Positions 1 through 12,930 of a stretch of 64,000 bases of DNA are shown one piece after another; the first letter of the stretch is position 1; the number at the start of each line of letters is the position of its first letter. The translations under genes were made by a program, and so were the position numbers. Location of the stretch: assembly GCF_963921235.1 (NCBI RefSeq), contig NC_086097.1, positions 59,584,001-59,648,000 on the forward strand, in the 5' to 3' direction. Under the pieces are notes generated by a model that did no database searches, had not been told where the DNA came from, and saw nothing but the letters and a program-made list of their open reading frames with translations. The DNA comes from Mobula hypostoma. Taxonomy: Eukaryota.

Positions 1-1249
1 TTTCCTGTCCAAAGTGATGTTACACATTTTTATAAGCTGAATACCATAATAAATTCAAATGCTTAGTCACATGCAGTATGTTGAATCATCTGGAATAGCC
101 TAGTTGACTCTTGCAAATAAGATTACCATTTCTCTTCTGGCAGGAAGATGTGAAAAATGGCAGGTGATGTGAGGTAGTGGGGAGAAGTATTCAAAGGAAG
201 CATTCCATGGAAGAAGGAACCATTCTGAAAGACCTAAAATCAGAATTAATCCATTTTCTCTTCTGGAATATTTATTGACTCCTTAGAGTTGCTGGGATAT
301 TAAAAAAATAGCAAATGAAATGTGTATAGACTGAATGTTGGACATGAAGCTCACAGACAGAACTGACATGTACTAGTAGGAGATGAGAAAACAGGAAGGA
401 CAAATGTACACTGAGAAAAGAAACTGAGACACTGACTCAGACAACCAGATGCCAAGAAAGAAATCTAGACAAACGAGATAGCAGGCAACAAAGAGATGGA
501 TCTTCCTGATCTGCCCTGTCACACATTGACTCCACTTAATGTGACATCCTCCTACCTGCACACACTTGGGTGATACGAGGAGGACGGATGTTACTGGTTG
601 AGAACTGTCATTTATGCAAAGACACTGTCACTGACTGTCTCTGGCAAATATTTACAAAAGGCAATGGTTGGGTAGTCTTAGTTTTCTGTCAAAGCTTGAA
701 GGATTTTAAATAGGTTGAAACATTTTTGGTGTTAGCTGTCATTTAAAAACTTCTCAACAAAATATAATAAAAAGTAAAATCTAGTTAAAATACTCAAAAG
801 CCTTTGAAAATGCAGCCATTAGGTATTAAAATACTCATTAAAGATTAAATCAACAAAACAAAATTTAAAAAATATTTTTTCTATTCTACAGGCTGAGGAT
901 TTAATTGACATGAATAGGATGTCTGATCTTCCCCTGATCAGATGGGATATCGGTCAGAGAGCTGTTCTCCCCAGCTTGTAGTGAGGGGATTCCAGCAAGG
1001 AGCAGCTCCATCTCTCGACTTCATGTCCAGTCCTGCAGCACAATAGCAGTACAGATGTAGTGGCAGCTGTACTCAGCAAGCCACAGATTTACAATGCATC
1101 TGCTCAACTCTTGGGCTTACTGGATAGAACATAGAACACAGAACACTACAACACAGTACAGGGTACTCCAGCCCACAATATTGTGCTGACCTTTTAGCAA
1201 GAAAATGCTGGAAACACTCAGCAGGTCGGCGCGGCAAAGTGGATTTTCT

Positions 1250-1440
1250 AGAGGAGCTGCTGCCTCACCTCTCCATGGACTTGGTCTTAATCACAACCTT
1301 AGATGCTGTCAGGGTGGATCTTACATGTTCCCTCTGAGACGGCATGGACCCCTACTGTGTGCTTTAGCTTTCCACTACTTTCCAATGACGTGGCGGTTGG
1401 TATTAATAGGCTACTCTGTTAATTGCCTTCAGTCTGTTAA
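1250..1440 (+). mobile_element. Degenerate tRNA-derived V-SINE (HE1-like)
   Basis: GCTGCTGCCTCAC head followed by a decayed V-domain-like stretch (GTGGATCTTACATGTTCCCTCTG...TTTCCACTACTTTCCAATGACGTG). Resembles the copy at 26195. Confidence 0.4.
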
Positions 1441-1689
1441 TAGTAGAATCAGCCAGAAATGTAGAAGAAATTATGGGGAAGCTGGGAGAATGGTGCAAAT
1501 GGCTGGCTGACGGTCAACATGATTCATTGGGCCCATAACCATGCTTCCCTGTTCTGCCTGACTCCATGAACTTATGTATTCTAAGCAGGGTAAGAAACTT
1601 AAAACTGTCAGAAAGAAGCAGGTCCAATGCAAATAAGATTTAATAAAGGCTGGCTTCTTTTTCAGTCTTACAGTTTTTTTTATATTCCG

Positions 1690-1958
1690 TTCTTTTCCTA
1701 ATTTTTCTATTTTTCTGAGTGGAGAGGGTGATTTGGGGGTCGATATGTCTGTTCTGCTCTGTTCATTTTTGTGTGGGAGGAGGGACTTGGTGGTTGATGT
1801 GCCTGTTCCATTTTATTTGCTTTTCTTTTGTGCAGGGAGGGGGGATTTGTGGGCTGGTGATTGTGCTGCCTTTCTTTTCTTTCTTGATTTCCTGGCTACC
1901 CGGAGAAGAATTTCAGAGCTGTATACTTTGATAATAAATGAACCTTTGAACATTTGAA
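1690..1958 (+). mobile_element. 3' part of a non-coding retroposon with Rex1-like tail
   Basis: Ends in TTTGATAATAAATGAACCTTTGAACATTTGAA, matching the tail type at about 13580-13610 and 57440-57470. Confidence 0.45.
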
Positions 1959-3294
1959 ACCCTATTGATATAGGTGCATTTTCAACTGGACTTCACTCTG
2001 CTGACCACTCAAGACCCTTACAACAGGACCTCCAGTTTGCAGGGTACTGCTTATTTTTAATGGAGTGAAAACTTGAATTTAAATTGAAGTTAATTGTAAA
2101 AGTAAAGAGACAGAAACACAGAAGATCAGATGGAAGAAGACAAGCAGAGTTAGTTACATAATGAGAACCAAATGTTGACAATTTTATTTTGGGCTGTGAA
2201 CTACATCACTGTGTTGAATAGAAGACGTGTCGTCTCAGTCTGTGCTGCTCCAATTATAAGCCTTAATTTAAATAAACACAATGATGCCAAAGCTCCCAAA
2301 GTCATACAGTCACATTGATGAGCTTATACATGCAAAATCTACAGTCTCTGTGGACTAACATCCAAAAGACCAAACATGGCTGAGGCAGATATGACAAACT
2401 CCCAACTATCCATGAAGTAAATTAGTTTTCAAAATCTTTTTAAAAATTGCTGAGGCACTAAACAAAATATCAAACACCAACTATTGGCATTTGTGTTTCT
2501 GGATTAGCTTTTTGATAACCATAAAACAAGGAAACTTATTGTGGCTGAAAACCATTTGTTATTCAGAACACATTGTGAAATATGCCTTCTAAGTTCTGTT
2601 ATGCCTTTCCTCAAATAGATAACAATGCACAACTACTTAAGACAAAATTGAAGACGTTAGTTCATCTCACTACTAGAAATAACCTTCCCTGACACTTCAA
2701 AATTAACGTACATCCAGCAACTTTCAATATTTATCATAACAAGCACAAATGATTTTCAGCAGCTTAATTATGATAAATAAAACAGCACTAAACTTGCCCA
2801 TTAGATGCAGCACAGTGATTACAGAAAATTAAGTTGCTTGACAGTTATATAACACATGGAAATCAAACTGGGTCATTTATAGTCTTCCTCTGGAATGCCT
2901 CTTCTGTACAAGAATTTATAACTGTATTCATGAACCATCACCATCATTATGTTTATAAATCCATTCTATTTGAGTTAGCCTTTCATATTTGCTTTACTCT
3001 CTTTCACACTTTATACTCTGGAGGACTTTATTAACATAATCATAATCAACATCCAGATAGCACAATGGCCATTTCTACACAGCCAGAGCAAGTCATTAAC
3101 ATTTGCAATACAATATTCATGGAAGGTCATGGAATCACAGATCCTAATAAAGTTCTATTCTGAACTATCCCATTAAACTCAGTTTTGGTACCAAACACCT
3201 GGTACCAAGCTGGTGCTACGGGCATGAAGACATTTGTGTGATGAATACCTCTTCTAAGAGTGGAAACGAGGTCCACCAATTTTGTTGTCATGGG

Positions 3295-4412
3295 TAACAC
3301 TCACCAAATGCTGGAGGAACTCAGTAGGTCAGGCAGCATCCACGGAAATGAATAAACAGTTGACATTTCATGCTGAGACCCTCTGTCGAGATTGGGAAGG
3401 AAGAGGATACCAGAATAAAAAGGAGAGAGGAAGGGAAGGAGTACAAGCTAGAAGGTGATAGGTGAAGCCAGGTGGGTGGAGGAAGGGGGATGAAGTATAA
3501 GGTGGGAGGTTATAGGTGGAAAAGATCAATGGCTGGAGAAGAAGGAATCTGAAAGGAGAAGAGAGTGCATCATGGGAGAAAGTGAAGTAGGAGGGGTACC
3601 AGGGCAATGTGATAGGTAGTTAACGAGAAGAGGGAAGGGGAAGGGGGAACATTGCAGTAGGATGGAGAAATTCATGTTTAGGCCATCAGGTTGGAGACTA
3701 CCAAAATAGAATAAGGTGTTGCTCATCAAACCTGAGAACGGCCTCATTATGGCAGAAGAGGATGCCATGGACTGACATGTCAAATGGGAGTGGGGAATGA
3801 AATTGAAATAGCTGGCCACCAGGAAATCCTGCTTTGTTGCTGATGGTGCTCAACAAAGTGGTCCTCCAATCTACGATGGGTCGGGAGCACCAGATACAGT
3901 GGACTACCTCAGCGGATTCATAGGTGCAGTGTTGCCTCACTTGGAAGGATTGGCTGGTGCTCGGTATGGAGGTGAGGGAGGAGGTGAATGGGCAGGTGTA
4001 ACATTTCGGCCATTTGCAGGGATAAATGCCAGGAGGGAGGTCAGTGGGAAGGGACGGATGGACAAGGGAATCACAAGGGATCCCTGTGGAAAGCAGAGAG
4101 TGGGGTTGGGGGGAGCTAAATAGGTGTTTGGTGGTAGGGTCCTGTTGAAGGTGGCAGAGGATGCGAAGAATAATGTTGGATGTGGAGGCTCATGGAGTGG
4201 TAGGCAAGGACAAGACAAACCCTATAGCGCATATGTCCGGGGAATGGAGGAGGTGTGGGTGAGGGCAGGGAAACCCCATTCTTTTTAAAGAAGGAGGATA
4301 TCTCTGATATCCTGGAAGTGAAAGCGTCATCCTGGGAATGGATGTGACAGAGATGAAGAAACTGAGAAAAGAGAATGGCTTTTTCCCAGGAGATAGGGTG
4401 GGGAGAGGTATA
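3295..4412 (-). mobile_element. Penelope-like retroelement fragment (GIY-YIG end plus pseudo-LTR), decayed
   Basis: Starts with the AAATGCTGGAGGAACTCAGTAGGTCAGGCAGCATC terminal motif. The minus ORF 3698-3940 (HCTYESAEVVHCIWCSR) matches the GIY-YIG N-terminus seen at 48970-49227. Confidence 0.75.
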
Positions 4413-6279
4413 GTAAAGATTTGTTGTTTTTCATTGTTCACTCACAAGTTACAGTGGGCCCAGTCTGACAGCTATGTCCTTCAGGATTCAGCCAACTGAA
4501 ATAGACATTGAAATTCCTCATGAATTATGTGCCCCATGCCCTTGCAGCCTTCAGGTGCCTTTTGCAAATGGTGTTTGGCATGGAGAATTAGCCCAGGAAG
4601 AGGAGGCTGGAGTGGATGTAGACATCACACACAGCTTTCTATTACACCACCTCCAAATAACGAACAATTAAGCAGTCACAGGTCGAAAACGAATTGTGCA
4701 AAAACATGCTGATGTGTATCTGTGATGAGTATAGGGTAGTTCCTTAAATGAGTATGCACTGATGTGGCTAAAATCTTTTCGCCCAATGATCAGTGATACG
4801 AAAATATTTGACTTAACTGGCACTGTAACACATTCTGACAGTTCATTTTGGCAGAAGCAGAATAAGGTACTTGCCGAGAAATGCTGTGCTGTTCATGGGT
4901 CTTCAGCAGGCAATTACTCTGCCCATTGCTCATGCAGACAAAAACAGACAGGGTGTTGTTAAGGTGCAAACAGCTATGGTGCTGAATTTCAAATACGTCA
5001 CAAAGTAAGCAATGATATCTCAGTGTCAGGTTTTAATAGCAGCCAGGCTCTCCTGTAATGAAGTGGAACTCATATGCCTGACTATTTTAAATCCAGCATT
5101 CCTGTTCAGACACTGGGTAGACATTATGATTGATGTCATGAGAAAAATGGATCATCATTTGTTGAGATTCTAACAAGATTAGTGCACATACAGAACATTA
5201 ATTTGTCCTCCAGGTAGTTCTCCATGGATGTTGGTCTGTAGGTGGAATGTAGACCCAGTTTTTGATGCAAGGAGTGTTACAAGTACTGCTATTTGCCTTT
5301 CTCCTTTGATACTGTTGGACTACTGTTGTATGCACCTTAAGTAGAATAATACTGTGAGAATTTGTGGTCACCATAAAGTTATCTTTAGAGGTTTTCGATG
5401 TTATTTTTCATTATGAAGTGATAAGAATTGGTTTACAATACTCGAAAGACACCTACAAGATCTGTTTTCACATTTCTAGCTTCACTCCAGCTCTGACATA
5501 ACTAGCTATCCTATAATAATCCATGTATTTATTAAGTGCCTCTCTCCATGCTTATAATGCAAAATAATTTCAAGTCCCAGAGAGATAGATCAGATAATTT
5601 AAACTCCTGCTATATTTATTATTTCAAAATTCAAAGACCAAAGTAACTTTATTATCAGATAACATATATGCCATCATGTACATATAACCCTAAGGTTCTC
5701 TTTCTTGCAGGCATTCACAATAGATACAAAGAAACACTGAAGAATTAATGAGCAACCTCATACAAGATGGAGAGACAACCCATGTGCAAAAGGCAACAAA
5801 CCGTGTGAATACAAAAACAAGCAGACAAACAAATAAATAAACAATAAATATTAACTGGTGGTGAGGGTCCTTAGACTCCTGTACCTCCTTCCAGATGGCA
5901 GCAGCAAGATGAGAGCATGACATGGATTGCGTAGGTCCTTGATGATGAATGTTGCTTTCCTACGACATTCTTGCAGATGCGCTCAATGGCGGGATGGACT
6001 GGGCAACATACATAAAATGTTGGGAGAACTCAGCAGGTCAGGCAGCAGCTATAGAAATGAACAAAAATTGTCGATGTTTCAGGCTAAGAACCTTCTCCAG
6101 GATCTGAGGTGGAGAGGGTCAGCAACTTTAAATTCCTCAGTGTTATCATTTCAGAGGATCCGTCCTGCATCCAGCACATGAGTGCCATTACAAAGAAAGC
6201 ACAGCAGCGCCTCTACTTTCTTAGAAGTTTGCAAAATTCAGCATGTCATCTAAACTTTGATAAACTTCAGGATCTACTA

Positions 6280-7100
6280 TTTTTAGTAGGCTTTTCTGTT
6301 CTAGGGCATTGGTGTTACCTTACTAGGTCATGATGCAACCAGTCAGTGTACTCTCCATTGCATATCTATAGAAGTTTATCAAAGTTTTAGATGACATACA
6401 ACGTCTCTGCAAGCTTCTAAGAAAGCAGAGGTACTGCTGTTCTTTTTTTGCAATCACACTTACGTACAGGAGTCAGGACAGATTCTCTGAAGTGATAACA
6501 CTGAGGAATTTAAAGTGACTGACCCCCTCCACCTCTGATCCCTCCAATGAGGATTGGCTCATGATCCACCAGCTTCCTCCTCCTGTTGTCAATAATCAGC
6601 TCCTTGACCTTGTTGACATTGAGTAAGAGGTTGAGGTTCTGGCACCACTCAGCCAGATTTTCAATCTCACTCATCACCATCTTTGACAGAGCCAATGACA
6701 GTGGTGTCATAGCAAACTTAAATCTGGCATTGGAGCTGTGCTTAACTTCATAGTCATAAGTAAAAAGCAAGTGGAGCAGGGCACTAAGCACATAGCCTTG
6801 CAGTGCATCTGTGTTAATGGTGACTATAGAGGAAATGTTGTTACCAATTCAAAGTGAATGTGGTCTACAAGAGGAGAAATCAAGGATCCATTTGCACAAG
6901 GAGGTATTGGGCTCTTGGAGCTAGTTGTTTAGATTTGAGGGGATGACCGTATTGAATGCCAAGTTGTAGTCAATGAAGAGCCTCCTGATGTATACGTCTT
7001 CACTGTACTGATGTTCCAGGGTTGAATGAAAAGCAAATGAAATGGCACCTGCTGATGGCCTGTTGTGATGGTAGACAAACTGAAGCAGATCAATGTCACT
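6280..7100 (-). mobile_element. Rex1/Babar LINE fragment (RT region), decayed
   Basis: ORF 6510-6791 (LFTYDYEVKHSSNARFKFA...EIENLAEWCQNLNLLLNVNKVKELIID) is typical of the Rex1 RT C-terminal half. Confidence 0.7.
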
Positions 7101-7280
7101 CCCCTGAAAGGAATTATTATTTACGTATATCCTGACATAGTTATGAACAGGAACACATGCAAGTGGGATGAGTTCTGCTGTGTTTACATTTGCTGCTGCA
7201 CTGTAACTGCAGAAACAAGTTTCTCTGGACTATATTTCTGGAAATAGTAAGATCAGATATTCAAATTTTATAGTACATAT

Positions 7281-8600
7281 TAGAACATAGAACAGTACAG
7301 CACAGTCCTAGTCCTTTGGCCTACAATGTTGTGCCAGCCCTTTTAACCTACTCCAAGATCAATATAACGCCTCCTACATAGATTTCCATTTTCCTATCAT
7401 CCGTATGCTTGAGAGTCTCTTAAATGTTCCTGATTTTTCTGCCTCTACCATCACCCCAGTCATGCCATCAATGCACTTACCAATCTCCGTTGGTCATTGA
7501 GACAGGGGGCTTGGAGAAGCGACATGGAAGACTGAAACATCGGAACAACAAGTTGCTGATCTCCACTCTAGTTGTTGCAGGAGAAACCTCCCTCTCCATC
7601 ACTGGGAGACAGAACCTGTCTGAGGTACAGAAGTGCTGGTTTGTAGACTGTAGTTTTGATGGACTCTGGATCAAGAGTTCCTGGGGCTTCTGCTGTTGCT
7701 TGCATGTTGGAGGTCTAATCCAGGCAGTATCCTGGCAAATCTCTGCACTCTCTCTAAAGTTTCCACATCCTTCCTATAATAAGGCAACCAGAAATGAACA
7801 CAATACTCCAAGTGTGGTCTAACCAGCATTTTATAGATCTGGAACGTTACCTCACAAATTCATTCTCCTGACTAATAAAGGCCAGCACACCAAATACCTT
7901 CTTAATCACCCTATCAATTTATGCAGCAACGTTGAAGGATCTACAGATGTGGATCCCAAGGTCCCTCTGTTATTCGACATATGAAGCTCTTTAAGTTGGA
8001 AGGTCAATTTAAAGGCCTTTAAGTTTGAACTTCCAAAGTGTATCAATTAACCCTTTTCCAGGCTGAATTCTATCTGCCAGTTCTCAGTCCAGCTCTGTAT
8101 CCTACTAATGTCTCATTGTAGCTTATAACAGGTTTCTATACTCTCCACAACACCGCCAACCTTTATGTCATCTGCAAACTTACTAACTTACCCTTCCACT
8201 TTATCATCTAAGTCATTTATAACAATTAGAAATATTAAGGGTCTCAATATAGATCTCTGTGGAAGACCACTGGTTACCTACCTCCAGTCTGAATACACTC
8301 CATCTACTACCACCCTCTGCCCTCCATGAACAAACCAATTCTGAATCCAGTCAGCCATGTTTCCCTGGATTCCAAGCCTCTCAGGGAACCTTGATGACCT
8401 CACTACAGAAATCTGTATACACCACTTTCACCACTCTAGCTTCATTGAATTGTTTTGACACTTTCTCGAAAAAGTTATTCAAGCTTGTGAGACATTACCT
8501 GCCCCTTAAAAAGCTATGTTGACTATCCCTAATCAGACTACGTTTCTCTATATGCTCATCAAACCTATCTCTGAGAATCCTCTCCAATATTTTGCCTACT
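7281..8600 (-). mobile_element. CR1 LINE 3' fragment, decayed, interrupted at about 7480-7715
   Basis: TAGAACATAGAAC tail at 7281. Collinear with the CR1 at 38161-39500 (CAATACTCCAAGTGTGGTCTAACCA; GTCATCTGCAAACTT = KFADD). Confidence 0.75.
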
Positions 8601-9929
8601 GCTGATGTAAAACAGTATGCAAGTTATGAGCATTTCTATCAAGCTAACTTCCCATGAATAGCTTTCTTGAAATAAAGATGTTTTATATCATTGCAAATAT
8701 GAATCTGCTTTTGTGTTAACTTTTGCAATGTCAGTCCATTATCAAGCACTTGCCTAGTTACATATTCGTTAACTGCTATCATTTCTACCATGATGAAAAT
8801 GCTACTTTTCTCTCTCAATTGAACATTAACCAGGAAAAAGAATACACCAAATATGAATTATTGCATACTGTATTAGGGAAAATGTTGGATTTCATGTTTC
8901 TTGAGGAAATAAATAATCAAACTTCAGGACCAGGCTGCAGTCTTTGCTTACCCAAAAGCTGCAGTTGGCTGAGTCATCAGAAATTATTCCTGTTGTTTTC
9001 CCTTTAACTGAAAGTTAAATTCTTTGATGTTGGACTTGAAGAACAGACTTTCAACTCAAGTCCCTATGCCTCAGAATTGAAAGATTGGCCTTAGGATACG
9101 AAAAACAAACTCCCAATATGATTTAATCAAAGATATTCCTTGCTTTGAAATCCATCTATAATCATGTAATGGCATGAGAATTGTAAGCATTGTAACTCTA
9201 CAATTAATTTTTGACTCTTCTGTAGTGACGATTCAAGAGCTTTTTACTTATTTAACCAAACAAATAAGGTTGCATGATATTTTCACAATTGATTGTTAAT
9301 CTGAAGTGTGATTTGTGTACAACCTGTTCTGCTATAATGCAGTAGCTATGTTCTTAAGGAACCTAGTGCTATTGAAAATTGCAGTATACAGACAAATGGG
9401 ATTAGAGGCTAGAGATAACCAAGTAATTTTCCTGTAGGACTTTTCAATAATTAAAGTGATTCTTTTACGGGTTTAAGTGTATTTTGTTATTGCAGGCTAA
9501 TGGATACTAAATTGTTCGATCAAAGCCAATAAAAACAAGTCCAAACATCACTGAACATGTAGGACCAGACCAAATTCAATGAGGTCAATAATATTATTGT
9601 TCTACTTTAAATTAAGACATGATCCACAATGTAAGAATGACATAATGAATAAATATTTTTGAAATAAGTTAATAATTTAGCCTGTGTAGTTATGATGAGC
9701 ACTTGATGAAAGGAGCGGAGAAGGAAGTAGAGGTCGCTGAGTATTGGTGTACAGAGCGGAGAGTCATCAATAACAGATGAAGCATTAGCTGGTGGTGCTG
9801 CAGGTCTGGAAATAAAGAATGAATACTGGATGTAGGCGACTGTTGTTTTCTTTCTTATTCTAGCAACTCTAGCAAATCTTAACTTCCTCCTCCTCCATCT
9901 CATTAATTTGACTTCTTTTTATATAGAGA

Positions 9930-10100
9930 TACATTACAGAGTAAACCCTTCCGGAACTTTGAGCTGTGCTGTCCTAGCAAGCCTTGATTCAGTCCTAGCC
10001 TAATCATGAAACAATTTACAATGACCACTTAACTTACCAACCAGTACTTCTTTAGATTGTATGAGGAAACTGGAACACCTGGAGAAAACTCACACAACTG
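9930..10100 (-). mobile_element. V-SINE fragment
   Basis: GAGGAAACTGGAACACCTGGAGAAAACTCAC is the reverse complement of the V-domain core (GTGGGTTTCCTCCGGGTGCTCCGGTTTCCTC). Confidence 0.55.
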
Positions 10101-10420
10101 GATAACATCATCCATATGTATGTTTTCCGGATACCTTTGCTGGGACAAAGTAACTCACACAGATGGTCTTAAAAGCTTCCGGTGACATCCCCTATTAATG
10201 CTGTGAGGGCTCACCATCTGAGCACACACACATTCAAACATATAACCATGTTTGGTGTGCTATGTGTCATAACCCTATTGTCATTGGTTTAGCAAATGTA
10301 GACAAGAAGGCTCCTGGTCACTTTGCTTTGCAAACCACATCTCTTAGCAATCATTCCCCGTCTTCCATTGCACCCCCCCGCCCCCATTGTTGGCTAGCAG
10401 CCTGTATTCTGAAACACTGC

Positions 10421-11650
10421 TCAGAATCAGAATCAGACTTAATATCACCAGCATATATCAGAATCTGAATCTGAATCAGGTTTATTATCATTGGCATGTG
10501 ATGTGAAATTTGTTAACTTAGCAGCAACAGTTCAATACAATACATAACCGAGCAGAGAAAGAAAATAAAATTAAAATAGTAATAAATAAACAAGTAAATC
10601 AATTATGTATATTAAATAGATTTTAAAAAACATGCAAAAACGGAAATACTGTATATTAAAACAAAAGTGAGGTAGTGTCCAAAGGTTCAATGTCCATTTA
10701 GAAAATGGATGGTAAAGAGGAAGAAGCTGTTCCTGAATCACTGAGTGTGTGCCTTCAAGATTGTGTACCTCCTTCCCAAAGGTAACAGTGTGAAGAGGGC
10801 ATTTCCTGGGTGGTGGGGATCATTAAAGATCCTACGACACTATTCCTTGAAGATGTCTTGGATACTATGGAGGCTGGTACCCATGACAAGGCTGATTAGT
10901 TTTGCAAGTTTCTGCAACTTAGTTCGATCTTGTGCAGTAGCATACAGCTCCCACGCCCCCCCCCACCCCCAACCAGGTGGTGATGCAGCCAGTCAGAATG
11001 TTCTCCAAAGTACATTTGTAGTTTTCGAGTTCTTCAGTTGACAAAGTTCAATCACCCAGGACATGCCCTCTTCTCAGTGTTACCCTCAGGAAGGAGGCAT
11101 ACACTCAGCATCTCAGGAGTAGCTTCTTCCCCTCTGCCATATGATTCCTAAATTTACATTTAACCCATGAATACTATCTCACTTTTTGAATATATATTAT
11201 TTCTGATTTTGCATTATTTCTTATCTATTCAATATACATAAATATATTTACTATAATTGATTTACTTTTTTGTTACTTTCTATATTATCACGTATTGCAC
11301 TGCTGTTAACAAATTTCACAACATATGCTGGTGATAATAATCCTGATTCTGATTCTGAGCACATTGGGAACTTGAAGATGCTAATCTTTTCCACTGTTGA
11401 CCCCTCAGTGAAGACTAATGTTTGTGTTCTCCCAACTTCCTCTTTCTGAGGTGCACAATTAGTTCCTTGGCGTTGCTGACAGAGACTGCAAGGTTGTTGT
11501 TGCAACAGCATTCAACCATCTGATCTGTCTCACTCCTTGATGCCAGCTGAAACTCTGCCAGCAACAATGGTGTCACTGCTGAATTTATAGATAGTGTTTG
11601 AGCTGTGCTCAGTCGCACATTCATGGGTGCAGAGAGTTGAGCAGTGGGCC
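10421..11650. mobile_element. Cluster of Rex1/Babar 3' fragments: a minus-strand copy with a plus-strand 3' end nested at about 11050-11357
   Basis: (AATCAG/AATCTG)n tails at 10421-10480 and a (GATTCT)n tail at 11341-11357. RT residues in minus ORFs 11251-11684 (WCCNNNL-like, KELIVHLR, FKF). Confidence 0.65.
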
Positions 11651-12594
11651 TATAAGATATCCCTTTTTCATATTCATCTTCCACTACCCCTTCCCTGTAA
11701 CAAAATACGAGCTTCTTTTTGGCCCTTCACAGTACTGATGAAGGGCCTTTGACTGAAATATCAACTGTGTCTTTTGCCACATGCTGTTTGATCTGCTGAT
11801 TATTTGCAACAGTTTCTGTTTTTATTGAACTCTTAGTTCTCAAGAAAAATAAAAGCCTCCAGTCTCTTATGTGCTTTCAGCAAAAAAAATAATTAAACTT
11901 TGTTCAGATTTAATAGTTTATACACATCAATGCCTGATCATGATAGAATTTTGTACAGAGGAAAGCAATTTTACAAATATGGACAACTACATGATGAGCT
12001 CCATACTGCGTTAAGATACTGCCATCTTTACAGTGACCAGATAGGATAACCTTTTATTTTAGAATAGAAAAGAGTGGTGCATATGCTCCTGTTTACATTA
12101 ATGGTACTTAAGTGGAGATGGTTAGAGATTGAAATTTCTATTTGTGAATAATTCCTCATTCAAATGCATAGATGCCACGGCCAGGGAAGTGCCCTAGTGC
12201 CTCTATTTCCTCAGAAGATAAATTCAGCATGTCCTCGTTGACTCTCACCTATTTTTATAGATACACCATAGAAAAAGCATCCTAACAATGTGTCATGGAG
12301 AGGATAGGTAACTGTTCTGCCCAAGACTGCAAGAAAGTGCATAGAGCTGTGGAGACAGATCATCACATCATGGACTCTGTCAATATTTTGATTGCCTTAG
12401 TAAAACAACTAACATAATCAAAGATCTTTCCCATTCCGGTCTTTCACCCTTTCCCTCCCTCCTATTAGGCATTCCAGTTTAAGATATGTTAATTATTGGT
12501 TTAAGCGACAACTTGTTGGTAGTCAATAAAACAAAGAAAGCAACTAAATACTCATTATTCACTGCATATCTGCAGTTGTGAACTTCCCATGATT

Positions 12595-12930
12595 CAGGAC
12601 ATTTACAAAGACAGGTGTGTGAAAAGGGCCTAAAGGATCATTGGGGACCCAAGTCACACCAACCACAATCGATTCCAGCTGCTACCATCCAGGAAACAGT
12701 ACCGCAGCATAAAAGCCAGGACCAACAGGCTCCAAGACAGCTTCTTCCCCCAGGCTATCAGGCTGATTAACTCATGCTGATTTGAGTGTATTTCTATGTT
12801 ACATTGACTGTTCTAATTATTATAAATTATTATAAATTACTATGATTGCACATCTAGATGGAGACCTAATGTAAAGATTTTTACTCCTCATATATGTGAA
12901 GGATGTAAGAAATAAAGTCAATTCAATTCA
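12595..12930 (+). mobile_element. Rex1/Babar 3' end fragment
   Basis: TTCCAGCTGCTACCATCCAGGAAACAGTACCGCAGC...GACAGCTTCTTCCCCCAGGCTATCAG (LPSG..Y / SFFPQAI-like motifs), then AATAAAG and an (ATTCA)n tail. Confidence 0.7.

Noticed and set aside
892..981. Strong plus-strand acceptor (TTTTTTCTATTCTACAG) followed by a short open frame
   Set aside because: The frame stops after 29 codons, the peptide is unrecognised, and there is no convincing partner donor.
3186..3209. Twin GGTACC palindromes (TTGGTACCA-AACACC-TGGTACCAA)
   Set aside because: Too short and without context. It is compatible with a small local duplication.
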